The position numbers were made by a program, and so were the translations under genes. The notes under the pieces were generated by a model that did not search any database, was not told the origin of the DNA, and was given only the letters and a program-made list of their open reading frames with translations. Shown in pieces: positions 1 through 9,614 of a stretch of DNA of 34,358 nucleotides. Within the stretch, counting starts at the first letter, position 1; every line of letters starts with the position of its first letter. Source of the stretch: Candidatus Methylomirabilota bacterium (GTDB lineage Bacteria > Methylomirabilota > Methylomirabilia > Rokubacteriales > CSP1-6); contig DATEMW010000133.1 of the NCBI GenBank assembly GCA_035275385.1, positions 1-34,358 of the forward strand. The letters run 5' to 3'.

Positions 1-150
1 GAGCAACGGGTTCGCCGCGCGATCGTACAGCTCGCGGTTCTGCTTCAGCGACGTCAGCGCCATGTGATAGAAGGGGAACACCGCGAAGATGATGAACGGC
101 AGCAGCGCCAGGTGCGCGAAGATCCGACCCCAGAGCTTTCGATTCTGCAT
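1..150 (-). CDS. Carbohydrate ABC transporter permease (MalG/UgpE-like), N-terminal part only; runs off the window
   Basis: ATG at 150-148 overlaps the stop of the upstream permease (TGATG). It translates as MQNRKLWGRIFAHLALLPFIIFAVFPFYHMALTSLKQNRELY..., a typical first TM helix plus 'TSLK' motif. Confidence 0.85.
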   Translation of the reverse strand, partial: MQNRKLWGRIFAHLALLPFIIFAVFPFYHMALTSLKQNRELYDRAANPLL

Positions 151-1091
151 CAGTAGGCCTGCTTCCTGACGTAGCGCAGCTGCGCCCACACCACGATCAT
201 GAGCGCCGGGAACAGGTAGAGCGAGATCGCCGCGCCCTCACCGATCCGTCCCGTCTCGAGCCCGACCTGACGCGCCAGGGTGGCGAAGAGGTGGGTCGAG
301 TTGATCGGTCCGCCGTGGGTGAGGACGTAGATGATGTTGAACTCGCTGAACGTGAAGATCGTCGAGAAGAGCACGACGATGCCGAGGACACCCTTGAGCA
401 GCGGCAGGGTCACGTGCCAGAAACGCGCGATCGGCCCGGCGCCGTCGGCCTCCGCCGCCTCGTAGAGCTCCTTCGGGATCGCGACCAGCCCCGCCAGCAA
501 CGTGATCGCGAAGAACGGCAGGCCGCGCCAGATGTTGACGATGATGACCGCGGCCATCGCGTAGTACTTCTGGCCGAGCCAGTTCGGCCCGGGCGGATCG
601 ATGATGCCGCTCGCCAGGAGCGTCCAGTTCACCACGCTGTAGAGCGAGTTGAACATCCACGACCAGCCGAGCGTCGAAAGCGCCGTCGGGATGACCCATG
701 GCAGCAGCACGGCGCCACGGATCAGGCGCTTGAACCAGAGCTGCTGATTGAGCAGCAGCGCGAGTGAGATGCCCAGCACGACCTTGGCGGCCACCGCGAG
801 GCCGCAGAACACGAACGCGTTCTGGAAGGTCTGCCGGAATGCGTCGCTGTCCCAGAGATTGATGAAGTTGCGAATGCCGATGAACGTGCTCGGGCGCCCG
901 ATGAACGCGTTCGAGACCGAGAAGTAGAGCGCCATGCAGAACGGGTAGGCGACCAGCAGCAGGATCAGGACCATCGCCGGGCTCACGAAGATCGGGCCGA
1001 GCCACGACTCCCGGTCGAGCAGCTCGCTGAGACGGGACCGCAGCGAGGTGGTCCTCGCTGCGGTCGCGATACCGACGGATCCGATTGCCAT
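150..1091 (-). CDS. Carbohydrate ABC transporter permease (MalF/UgpA-like)
   Basis: Multiple TM segments; EAA loop 'IPKELYEAAEADGAGPIARFWHVTLP'; 'LTHGGP' motif. Confidence 0.93.
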   Translation of the reverse strand: MAIGSVGIATAARTTSLRSRLSELLDRESWLGPIFVSPAMVLILLLVAYPFCMALYFSVSNAFIGRPSTFIGIRNFINLWDSDAFRQTFQNAFVFCGLAVAAKVVLGISLALLLNQQLWFKRLIRGAVLLPWVIPTALSTLGWSWMFNSLYSVVNWTLLASGIIDPPGPNWLGQKYYAMAAVIIVNIWRGLPFFAITLLAGLVAIPKELYEAAEADGAGPIARFWHVTLPLLKGVLGIVVLFSTIFTFSEFNIIYVLTHGGPINSTHLFATLARQVGLETGRIGEGAAISLYLFPALMIVVWAQLRYVRKQAY

Positions 1092-1093
1092 GG

Positions 1094-2371
1094 TTAGCTT
1101 CCCGCCATGACCTTCTTCATCTCGTTCTCAGCCCACGCGATCGAGTCCTTGGTGGACGTGCCCGTGACCGCCTTCGCGAGCATGTTGGGCAGGATGAACG
1201 AGTTGGTGATCAGCTGCACCTTGTCGGAGGCCGGAGCCGGCCAGCCGTAGGTATGGTACGTCGTCCCCTCGCCCTTGAGGGCGGCGAGCTTCGGATCGGT
1301 CTTGAGGACCGCGTGATCCTGCTTCTTCGTGTAGAGCGGCAAAAGGAAGGCGCCGCCCGACATGATGTACTCGTCGTAGACCTCCGCCTTGCCGAGCAGG
1401 TAGCGGATCCACTCCTTCGAGGGCTCGACGTTCTTCGTGAACTTCCAGATGCCGATCGAGCGCGGCGCGGTGACGTCGTGCCGGCCGCCGGGACCCGACA
1501 AGCTCAGATGGTGATTGATGCCGTCGGCGGAGGGCAGCTTCTGGTCTCGCGCGACGATGTAGGCGCTGACCGGATTGTGGATCCAGCCGGCCTTGCCCTG
1601 CTGGAGCGACTGGTTGTTGCTGGCGTCGTCCCACGAGAGAACTTCGGGCTCCATGCAGTCGCGGTACATCTTCCTGTACCACTCGACGACCTGGGCGGTC
1701 TGCTCCGAGTTGATCTTGACGGTCTTGCCGTCCCTGTCGACCTCCATGGCGCCGTGGCACCACATGACCGCCGAGCCGGTCGAGATCGTGTCGAAGTTCT
1801 GGCTGATTGGAATGCCGATCGGGTGGCCCATCTTCTTCAGCTCGGGACCGATCTTGTAGAGGTCTTCCCAGGTCTTGGGCGCGGCGAGGCCGGCCTTCTT
1901 GAAGAGGTCCTCGCGATACGCCGACACGAAGATGGAGTGGTACTGGGGCACCGCGCGCCAGACGCCCTTCACGTGCGCCGCCTCGTAGCCCGGCGCGATG
2001 ACCTTGCCGTAGCTCTTCTCGAGGTTCGCGACGATGTCGGAGACGTCGACCAGCTGCGCCTCGTAGAGCCAGGGCACGTGCATGCGCATCTCGACCAGGT
2101 CGTGGCCGGCCTGCGTCTGCACCTCGGCGGCGTACTTGGCGGCCTGCTGTGGGGCGGCGATGTGGTCGATCTTGATCTTGATGCCCGTGTCCTTGGTGAA
2201 GCGCTGCCCGATCTCGGAGAGCTTCTTGTCCGAGAGCGGCGCGAAGTTGTTCCAGCAGAGGTACGAGATCTCGCGCTGCTGCCCGCGCGCGGGCGCGATG
2301 CCGGCGGCGAGGATTCCCGCGAGGCCCGCCCCGGTCGTGGTTGCGAATTGACGTCGGGTCAGTGAGGACAT
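1094..2371 (-). CDS. Extracellular solute-binding protein, family 1 (sugar-type), Tat-exported
   Basis: N-terminal 'LTRRQF' twin-arginine signal; SBP_bac_1-like motifs (AYREDLFKKAG, PKTWEDL); RBS AGGAGAAGG upstream; adjacent permeases. Confidence 0.9.
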   Translation of the reverse strand: MSSLTRRQFATTTGAGLAGILAAGIAPARGQQREISYLCWNNFAPLSDKKLSEIGQRFTKDTGIKIKIDHIAAPQQAAKYAAEVQTQAGHDLVEMRMHVPWLYEAQLVDVSDIVANLEKSYGKVIAPGYEAAHVKGVWRAVPQYHSIFVSAYREDLFKKAGLAAPKTWEDLYKIGPELKKMGHPIGIPISQNFDTISTGSAVMWCHGAMEVDRDGKTVKINSEQTAQVVEWYRKMYRDCMEPEVLSWDDASNNQSLQQGKAGWIHNPVSAYIVARDQKLPSADGINHHLSLSGPGGRHDVTAPRSIGIWKFTKNVEPSKEWIRYLLGKAEVYDEYIMSGGAFLLPLYTKKQDHAVLKTDPKLAALKGEGTTYHTYGWPAPASDKVQLITNSFILPNMLAKAVTGTSTKDSIAWAENEMKKVMAGS

Positions 2372-2416
2372 GCCTTCTCCTATGTGCCGTTGGGAGTTGC
2401 CGGTTGGCTCGTCATA

Positions 2417-4090
2417 TTACCCCAAGTTATGCCCCGGAGGGCCCGACACCTCCCGCGGCGTCCAGCTCTTGTAGCGCTCGCGGAGCACCTTCTTGTCGAA
2501 CTTGCCGACGCTGGTCTTGGGCACCGCGTCGATGATCTCGACCGCGTCGGGCAGCGCCCATTTGGCCAGCTGCGGCCGCAGGAACTCGATGATCTCGCCC
2601 GGCTCGAGCGCGGCACCCGGCTTGGGTACGACGCAGGCCAGCGGGCGCTCGACCCACTTGGGATGGGGGACGGCGATCACCGCCGCCTCGAGGACCTTTG
2701 GATGGCTCATGATCAAGTTTTCGACGTCCACGCTCGAGACCCATTCGCCCCCGGACTTGATCAGATCTTTGGTGCGATCGGTGATCTGGACGTAGCCTTC
2801 CGCGTCGATCGTGGCGACGTCACCGGTACGGAACCAGCCGTCGGCGGTGAAGCGGTCGGCCGACTCGGGGTTGTCGTAGTAGGACCCGACCACCCAGGGG
2901 CCGCGCACCTGGAGCTCGCCCATGCTCTCGCCGTCCCACGGCAGCACGGTTCCGGAATCGTCCACGATCCGGATGTCGACCCCGACCGAGGCGTAGCCGA
3001 CCCGCGAGTAGACGTCGTACTTCTTCTCCTCCGACCAGTCCTCCATGTAACTCTTGAGCCGCGTCACCGTTCCAAGCGGCGTCATTTCGGTCATGCCCCA
3101 CGCGTGCGACATCTGGACGCCGAAGTTCTTGGCGTACGCCTGCTGCAGGCTGCGCGGCGCGGCCGAGCCGCCGATCGCGATCGTCCGGAGCGACGAGATG
3201 TCGTAACCCTCCTTCTCGCAGAGCTCCTTGATCGCGATCCACACCGTGGGAACCGCGCCGGTGAAGGTGATCCGCTCGTTCTGGATCATCCGGCAGATGT
3301 CGGGCGGCTGCGGGTTCGCGCCTGCGAAGATCTGGTCGGCGCCGACCATCAGCCCGGTGAACGGCAGACACCAGGAGTTCGCGTGGAACATCGGCACGAT
3401 GTGCAGAATGCGGTCGCGCTCGGAGATGCCGAAGAGGTCGGTCGTGGCCTCGGCCAGGCAGTGCAGGAACATCGCGCGGTGCGTGTAGACGACGCCCTTG
3501 GGGTGGCCGGTGGTCCCGGAGGTGTAGCACATCCCCGCGGCGTCGGTCTCGCCGAGCTCGGGCCAGGCGCTCAGGGGCTCGGCGGCGGACAGGAGCGCCT
3601 CGTACTCGTCGTGCTCACGGCCCGCCGTCTGCGCCGCGTCGGCGACGCCGTCGGGCATGATCACGATCTTGCGCACCGTCGTCAGCTTGTCCCGGATCGC
3701 GGCCAGCGTCGGCCAGAGGCTCGCGTCCACGAAGATCACCGAGTCTCCCGCGTGATTGATGATGTACGTCAGATCGCGCGGCGAGAGCCGGATGTTGAGC
3801 GTGTGGAGGATCGCCCCGGACAGCGGCGCGGCCCAGTAGATCTCGAGGTGGCGGTGGCTGTTCCACGCGAACGTCGCCACACGGTCGCCGCGCCGCACAC
3901 CCAGTGCCGCCAGCGCTCCCGCCAGCCGCGTCGTGCGCTCGGCGAAATCGTCGTACGTGTAGCGAAACATCGCGCGGCCCGGCACGCGGGTCGCGATCGT
4001 CTTCTTGGCGAAGAGGCGCCGGCTCCGCTCGAAGAAGTGCGTCAGGGTGAGCGGGTAGTTCATCATGAGGTCGTCGAAGCGTGGGGTCAC
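2417..4090 (-). CDS. Medium/long-chain fatty-acid--CoA ligase (AlkK/DmdB-like ANL family)
   Basis: AMP-binding motifs YTSGTTGHPKG, WGMTE, GWFRTGD, DRTKDLIKSGGEW and PKTSVGKFDK; RBS AGGAGG before the GTG start. Confidence 0.93.
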   Translation of the reverse strand: MTPRFDDLMMNYPLTLTHFFERSRRLFAKKTIATRVPGRAMFRYTYDDFAERTTRLAGALAALGVRRGDRVATFAWNSHRHLEIYWAAPLSGAILHTLNIRLSPRDLTYIINHAGDSVIFVDASLWPTLAAIRDKLTTVRKIVIMPDGVADAAQTAGREHDEYEALLSAAEPLSAWPELGETDAAGMCYTSGTTGHPKGVVYTHRAMFLHCLAEATTDLFGISERDRILHIVPMFHANSWCLPFTGLMVGADQIFAGANPQPPDICRMIQNERITFTGAVPTVWIAIKELCEKEGYDISSLRTIAIGGSAAPRSLQQAYAKNFGVQMSHAWGMTEMTPLGTVTRLKSYMEDWSEEKKYDVYSRVGYASVGVDIRIVDDSGTVLPWDGESMGELQVRGPWVVGSYYDNPESADRFTADGWFRTGDVATIDAEGYVQITDRTKDLIKSGGEWVSSVDVENLIMSHPKVLEAAVIAVPHPKWVERPLACVVPKPGAALEPGEIIEFLRPQLAKWALPDAVEIIDAVPKTSVGKFDKKVLRERYKSWTPREVSGPPGHNLG

Positions 4091-4920
4091 CGTGGTCTAC
4101 CTCCTGGAGCAACCTCGCCGAGATCTTCCGACGTCGCGCAGCGAAAGCCGACGAAATGGTGGCCGGCCGACGCGCCGCGTCGATCATAGGAGCGCCGGCG
4201 CGTCAGGCCCAGCGAGTCGGCCGGATCGTCGTGGCTCGCGCCGCGAACGACCACCTGTCCGCCGGTACCCGTGTACGGCTGCTGATCGCCGTCGGTCCTA
4301 TAAGGATAGGGGCGAAGGACGCTGAGCGTCCACTCGCGCAGGTTCCCCAGCATGTCCTCGACCTTGTAGGGGCTGGCGCCGTCCGGCCGGCCGTCGGTCG
4401 GCTCTGTCGCGTTGTAGGCGCGGCCGAAGACCGCCAGATGAGGCGCGGGCGTCGCGGATCCCCAGGGATACCGGCGCTTGTCGTCGCCGCGGACGGCCTT
4501 CTCCCACTCGGCCTCGGTAGGGAGGCGCTGGCCCCTCCAGGCGCAGTAGTCGCGCGCGCCGAACCATGAGACCTCTACGACCGGATGGCGCTCGAATCCC
4601 GGATCGGCGACCCAGCGGTCCTTCACGCGATGGATGCGCGCGTCGGCGTCGTCCTCGTCGTAGCGCCGCTCGGCGCCGGGCGGCCTGAGCCCGGTCGCGT
4701 TCAGGAACCGCGCGAACTCCGCGTTCGTGACCTTGTGGCGGTCGATCCAGAAGTCGCGGACGTACACGCGGTGCAGGGGCGCCTCGTCCGCCGGGCCGTC
4801 ATCGCGCCCCATCCAGAACGCGCCGGCCTGGACCAGCATGATCCCGTCCGCCCGGGCCGCCGACGGCAAGGTCAGCAGCGCAGCCAGCAGGATCGCGGCG
4901 GATCGGCTCACGTCGATCAT
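4087..4920 (-). CDS. Secreted FGE-sulfatase (SUMF1) domain protein, probably non-catalytic
   Basis: Signal peptide ending in ARA; motifs FWMG, VTNAEF, HPVVEVSW, RLPTEAEWEKA, DMLGNLREW and GFRC. Confidence 0.88.
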   Translation of the reverse strand: MIDVSRSAAILLAALLTLPSAARADGIMLVQAGAFWMGRDDGPADEAPLHRVYVRDFWIDRHKVTNAEFARFLNATGLRPPGAERRYDEDDADARIHRVKDRWVADPGFERHPVVEVSWFGARDYCAWRGQRLPTEAEWEKAVRGDDKRRYPWGSATPAPHLAVFGRAYNATEPTDGRPDGASPYKVEDMLGNLREWTLSVLRPYPYRTDGDQQPYTGTGGQVVVRGASHDDPADSLGLTRRRSYDRRGASAGHHFVGFRCATSEDLGEVAPGGRPR

Positions 4921-4937
4921 GGTATCGTGGGTCCGGC

Positions 4938-6998
4938 ATGCGCTCCCGCTGGAACGACGCCGAGGCGAGCCAGCTCAACGGCCTCGATCTTCTCGTCTAC
5001 GCCTCGCGTCTCGTCGGCGCCGAGACCTCGCTCGTCATCTGGGGCGGCGGTAACACCTCGATCAAGACCCGCGAGCGCGATCACCGCGGCCGCGAGATGC
5101 CGGTGCTTCGGGTCAAGGGCAGCGGCTCCGATCTGAAGTCGGTCCAGCGCAAGGATTTCCCGGGCGTGCGGATGGACGACATCGCGGCCCTCCTCGAGCG
5201 CAATGAGATGAGCGACGAGGAGATGGTGAGCTATCTCGCGCATGCCCTGCAGGAGCCGGGCGGCGTGCGGCCGTCGATCGAGACCTTGCTGCACGGCTTT
5301 CTCTCCGCCCCCGCGATCGTCCACACCCATGCCGACGCGGTCGTGTCGCTGACCAACAACGATCGTGCCCACGACGTGATCCAGGGCGTCTACGGCAAGG
5401 ACGTCATCGCGCTCGCGTACCGCCGCCCCGGCTTCAAGATCTCGCGCGACGTGGCCGACGCGATCGCCGAGCGCCCGGACGCCAAGGCCCTGCTGCTCGA
5501 GCGTCACGGCACGATCACCTGGGGGGCGACCGTTCGCGAGGCCTATGAGGCCACGATCCAGCTGATCACCCGCGCCGAGGACGCGATCGCGGAGAGGAAG
5601 AAGGGCCGCCAGATCTTCGGCGGCAGCCGCGTGCCGGTCCGCGAGCCGGCGGAGCGGCGCCGGACCGCGATCGCCGTCGCCCCGCGGCTTCGCGGCGCCT
5701 TGAGTCGGAGCACGCGGGTGGTGGTCAGCTTCGACGACTCGCACGAGGTCACCGAGTTCGCGTCGTCGGCGGACGCCGCGCGTGTGTCACAGATCGGGCC
5801 CGCGACGCCCGACCACACGATTTACGCGAAGCGGCTGCCGTGCTTCGTCGACGCGAGCGGCGGCGAGGATCCCGACGCGTTGTTCGGAACGATCGCGCGC
5901 TCGATCGAGGGCTTCGTCGCCGGCTACACGCGCTACTTCGAGGATCACCGGTTCGAGGGCGCGCGACTCCTCGATCCGTTCCCGCGGGTGGTGCTCGTGC
6001 CCGGGCTCGGCATGTTCACCGCCGGCAAGGACCGTCGCACGGCCGGCATCGTCAACGACATCTACCATCACACGATCGGCGTGCTCGGCAGCGCCGAGGC
6101 GTTCGGCCGCTACGTCTCGCTCTCGGCCAAGGACGCGTTCGACGTCGAGTACTGGCCGCTCGAGCTCTACAAGCTCACCCTGGCGCCGCCCGAGAAGGAG
6201 CTCGCCCGCCGGATCGTCATGGTCACCGGCGGCGGCTCGGGAATCGGACGCGCGGTCGCGCGGCGACTCGCCGCCGAGGGCGCTCACGTCGTCGTCGGCG
6301 ATCTCGACGGCGGCAGCGCGCGCAAGACCGCCGATGAGATCGTCGCGGCCGTCGGCGCGGGCCGTGCGCTGGGTGTCGAGATGGACGTGACGCGCGAGGC
6401 CTCGGTGCGCGCGGCGTTCGAGGAGACGGTGCTCGCCTACGGCGGGCTCGACGTGCTGGTCTCGAATGCCGGCGTCGCGCACTCGGCACCGGTGGCGCGC
6501 ATGGAGCTGTCCGACTGGGAGCGCTCGTTCGCGGTGAACTCGACCGGCCACTTCCTGGTCGCCCGCGAGGCGATGCGGCTGCTGACGGCGCAGGGGCTCG
6601 GCGGCGCGCTCGTGTTCGTCGCGACCAAGAACGTGATGTCGCCGGGCAAAGACTTCGCCGCGTACTCGGCGGCGAAGGCGGCCGAGGCACAGCTCGCGAA
6701 GGTACTGGCGCTCGAGGGTGCGCCCTACGGGATCCGCTCGAACATCGTGAACCCGGATGCGGTCTTCCAGGATTCGAAGCTCTGGTCCGAGGACGTCCGG
6801 CGCGAGCGTGCCGCGGCGCAGGGTATCGCGGTCGACAAGCTCGAGGAGTTCTATCGCAAGCGCAACCTGCTGGGTGTCTCGATCCTGCCCGAGGACGTCG
6901 CCGAGGCGGTGCTGTTCCTGGCGTCCGACCGCTCCGCCAAGACCACCGGCTGCAGCTTGACGGTCGACGGCGGCGTGCGCGACGCGTTCCCGAGGTGA
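4938..6998 (+). CDS. rhaD: Bifunctional class II aldolase / short-chain dehydrogenase (RhaD/RhaEW-like)
   Basis: GGGNTS, VKGSGSDL, PSIETLLH, HTHAD (Zn ligands), TPDH and EYWPLE, followed by an SDR domain with TGGGSGIG, NAG and YSAAK. Substrate is not established. Confidence 0.88.
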   Translation: MRSRWNDAEASQLNGLDLLVYASRLVGAETSLVIWGGGNTSIKTRERDHRGREMPVLRVKGSGSDLKSVQRKDFPGVRMDDIAALLERNEMSDEEMVSYLAHALQEPGGVRPSIETLLHGFLSAPAIVHTHADAVVSLTNNDRAHDVIQGVYGKDVIALAYRRPGFKISRDVADAIAERPDAKALLLERHGTITWGATVREAYEATIQLITRAEDAIAERKKGRQIFGGSRVPVREPAERRRTAIAVAPRLRGALSRSTRVVVSFDDSHEVTEFASSADAARVSQIGPATPDHTIYAKRLPCFVDASGGEDPDALFGTIARSIEGFVAGYTRYFEDHRFEGARLLDPFPRVVLVPGLGMFTAGKDRRTAGIVNDIYHHTIGVLGSAEAFGRYVSLSAKDAFDVEYWPLELYKLTLAPPEKELARRIVMVTGGGSGIGRAVARRLAAEGAHVVVGDLDGGSARKTADEIVAAVGAGRALGVEMDVTREASVRAAFEETVLAYGGLDVLVSNAGVAHSAPVARMELSDWERSFAVNSTGHFLVAREAMRLLTAQGLGGALVFVATKNVMSPGKDFAAYSAAKAAEAQLAKVLALEGAPYGIRSNIVNPDAVFQDSKLWSEDVRRERAAAQGIAVDKLEEFYRKRNLLGVSILPEDVAEAVLFLASDRSAKTTGCSLTVDGGVRDAFPR

Positions 6999-7921
6999 CC
7001 CAGGTGATCGGCTTCGGCGCCCAGCTCGCGATGCACCCGCCCGCCGAGCAGTTCGAGCTCGTCCAGCGGCTGGAAGCGATCGGGTACGACTCCGTGTGGA
7101 CGGGCGACCACATGTCGTTCCACAACCCGATTCACGAATCGATCACCCTGCTCGCGTCCTACGCGCCGATCACGAAGCGGATCAAGCTCGGCGTCGGCGT
7201 CTACTTGCTGGCCCTGCGCTCGCCGGCGGTGGCGGCCAAGCAGGCGGCCACGCTCGACGTGCTCTCGGGCGGCCGGCTCGTGTTCGGCGTCGGCGTCGGC
7301 GGCGAGAACCCGAAAGAGTTCGAGCTGTGCGGCATCCCGCACAAGGAGCGCGGCGCGCGCGTGAACGAGTCGATCGACGCGGTACGTACGCTCTGGCGCG
7401 ACACGCCGGCCAGCTTTCACGGGCGATTCACCCGCTTCGACGGGGTCTCGATCGACCCCAAGCCCATCCAGCAGCCGCCGCCGATCTGGATCGGCGGGCG
7501 CTCGGACGCGGCGCTGGCCCGCGCGGGCCGTCAGGGCGACGGCTGGATGTCGTACGTGGTCCAGGCCGATCGCTATGCGCAGAGCCTCGACAAGATCCGC
7601 GCCGCGGCCGCCGCGGCCGGGCGCTCGATGGAGAAGTTCACCGCGGCGCACCTCGTCTTCATCACGCTCGGGCGCGACTACGAAGCGGCCAAGCGCGCGT
7701 GGGTCGATGTGCTCAGCAAACGCTACGCGCAGGATTTCGAGCCGCTGGCCAAGCGCTACGGCGTCATCGGCACGCCCGAGCAGTGCGCCGAGCAGCTCGA
7801 GCGGTTCCGTGCCGCCGGCTGCGGCTACTTCGTCATGAGCGTGATCGGCGATCCGCGGGACGAGCGCGCTCAGCACGAGGCGATCGCCGCCGAGATCATT
7901 CCGCGATTCAGGACGCGCTGA
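6995..7921 (+). CDS. LLM-class (luciferase-like) flavin/F420-dependent oxidoreductase
   Basis: GYDSVWTGDH, ATLDVLSGGRL, PKPIQ..PPIWIGG and GDGW motifs; GTGA overlap with the upstream gene. Confidence 0.9.
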   Translation: MTQVIGFGAQLAMHPPAEQFELVQRLEAIGYDSVWTGDHMSFHNPIHESITLLASYAPITKRIKLGVGVYLLALRSPAVAAKQAATLDVLSGGRLVFGVGVGGENPKEFELCGIPHKERGARVNESIDAVRTLWRDTPASFHGRFTRFDGVSIDPKPIQQPPPIWIGGRSDAALARAGRQGDGWMSYVVQADRYAQSLDKIRAAAAAAGRSMEKFTAAHLVFITLGRDYEAAKRAWVDVLSKRYAQDFEPLAKRYGVIGTPEQCAEQLERFRAAGCGYFVMSVIGDPRDERAQHEAIAAEIIPRFRTR

Positions 7922-7954
7922 GCGTGCTCGCCGCGTGATCCGGCCGATGCCGAG

Positions 7955-9607
7955 ATGACCGATCTGACGGGCGGGCAGCTGGTCGCGCGGACCCTCAAAG
8001 AGGCCGGAGTCGGCCACGTCTTCACCCTGTGCGGCGGCCACATCCTCCCGATCTACGACGGGTGTCTCACCGAAGGCGTCGCGATCATCGACGTGCGCCA
8101 CGAGCAGGCGGCGGCCCACGCGGGCGACGCCTATGCGCGGCTCACGCGCGGGATCGGCGTCGCCGTCGTTGTGCCCGGGCCTGGTGTTACCGACGCGGTG
8201 ACCGGCGTCGCCAACGCCTACGCCGCGCGGAGCCCGCTGCTCTTGATCGGCGGCGCCGCGCCGCTCGGGCTCCGCGGGCTCGGAGCACTCCAGGAGACCG
8301 AGCAGGTCGCGCTCCTCAAGCCCATCACGAAGGGCGCGTGGTCCGTCTCCGAGACGCGCCAGATTCCCGAGGTGCTGGCGACCGCCATCCGCACAGCGCT
8401 CGCCGGCCGGCCGGGCCCCGTCTTCGTCGAGATCCCCGTCGATCTCTTGATGACGACGGTGGAGGACCGGCTGGCGCCGATACCGACCGCCTACGTGCAT
8501 CGCACGCGCGCCGCGGTGGAGGACGGAGCGCTGAGTCGGCTCGAGGCGCTGATCGCCACCGCCGCGCGGCCGGTCGTGATGGCCGGGGGCGGCGTGTGCT
8601 GGGACGATGCGGCCGCGTCGCTGGCGGCGTTCGCCGAGCGCGCCGGCGCTCCCGTGTTCATGAACGGGGCGGGCCGCGGCACGCTACCGGCGGATCATCC
8701 GAACGCGTTCTTCCAGACGCGCGGCTGGGCGCTGAACCACGCCGACGTCGTGCTGGTGCTCGGCACTCCGCTCGATTTCCGGCTCGGCTACGGGCGGCCC
8801 CCGACGTTCGCCGAGGACGCCAGGGTGGCGATGGTCGACGTCGATCCCGTCGAGCTCGGCCGCAATCGTCCGCTCGAGCTCGGCATCGCGGGCGACATCG
8901 ACGTGAGCCTGCGCCAGCTGACCGGCGCGCTGCCGGCGGGCCTGGCGGCGCGACGCGCGGGCTGGCTCGCCGAGCTCTCCCGCCGAGAAGCCGACGCACG
9001 CGCGAAGCTCGACGATCTGGCGGCGACGGACCAGTCTCCGATGTCCCACTACCGCTGGGCGGCCGAGATCGCGCGCGTGGTGACGCGCGACACGATCGTC
9101 GTCGGCGACGGCGGCGACGTCGTGAACTGCGCCGCCAAGTTCGTGCCGGTCCATCGGCCAGGCCAGTGGCTCGATCCCGGCCCGCTCGGCTGTCTCGGCG
9201 TCGGCCCGTCCTTCGCGCTCGCGGCGAAGCTCTTGCGGCCCGAGCGCCGAGTGCTGCTGATCTCGGGCGACGGCGCGTTCGGCCTCAACGGCATGGAGCT
9301 CGAGACCGCCGTGCGCTTCAAGCTGCCGTTCACGTGCGTGATCGGCAATGACGGCGGCTGGGGCCAGATCCGGAGCCCGCAGGTGTCGTTCTTCGGCGAG
9401 ACGCGCACCGTCGCCACCTCGCTGCCGACCACGCGCTACGATCGCATGGTCGAGGCGCTCGGCGGCCGCGGCGCCTACGTCACCGATCCGCGTGAGATCG
9501 GGCCCACGCTCGAGCGCGCGCTCGCCTCGGACGAGGTCTGGTGCGTCAATGTCGTCCTCGATCCCGAGGCGTACCGCAAGAGCGGCCAGGTCTCGATGGC
9601 CATCTGA
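7955..9607 (+). CDS. Thiamine diphosphate-dependent enzyme (acetolactate synthase-like / 2-hydroxyacyl-CoA lyase, ILVBL-like)
   Basis: LCGGHI, DVRHEQAA (catalytic Glu), WLDPGPLGCLGVG and ThDP motif GDGAFG...GNDGGWG. Confidence 0.88.
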   Translation: MTDLTGGQLVARTLKEAGVGHVFTLCGGHILPIYDGCLTEGVAIIDVRHEQAAAHAGDAYARLTRGIGVAVVVPGPGVTDAVTGVANAYAARSPLLLIGGAAPLGLRGLGALQETEQVALLKPITKGAWSVSETRQIPEVLATAIRTALAGRPGPVFVEIPVDLLMTTVEDRLAPIPTAYVHRTRAAVEDGALSRLEALIATAARPVVMAGGGVCWDDAAASLAAFAERAGAPVFMNGAGRGTLPADHPNAFFQTRGWALNHADVVLVLGTPLDFRLGYGRPPTFAEDARVAMVDVDPVELGRNRPLELGIAGDIDVSLRQLTGALPAGLAARRAGWLAELSRREADARAKLDDLAATDQSPMSHYRWAAEIARVVTRDTIVVGDGGDVVNCAAKFVPVHRPGQWLDPGPLGCLGVGPSFALAAKLLRPERRVLLISGDGAFGLNGMELETAVRFKLPFTCVIGNDGGWGQIRSPQVSFFGETRTVATSLPTTRYDRMVEALGGRGAYVTDPREIGPTLERALASDEVWCVNVVLDPEAYRKSGQVSMAI

Positions 9608-9614
9608 TCACCGC

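Noticed and set aside
4087-4300. Diversity-generating retroelement target (FGE/CLec-fold C-terminus)
   Set aside because: No template repeat or reverse transcriptase in the window.
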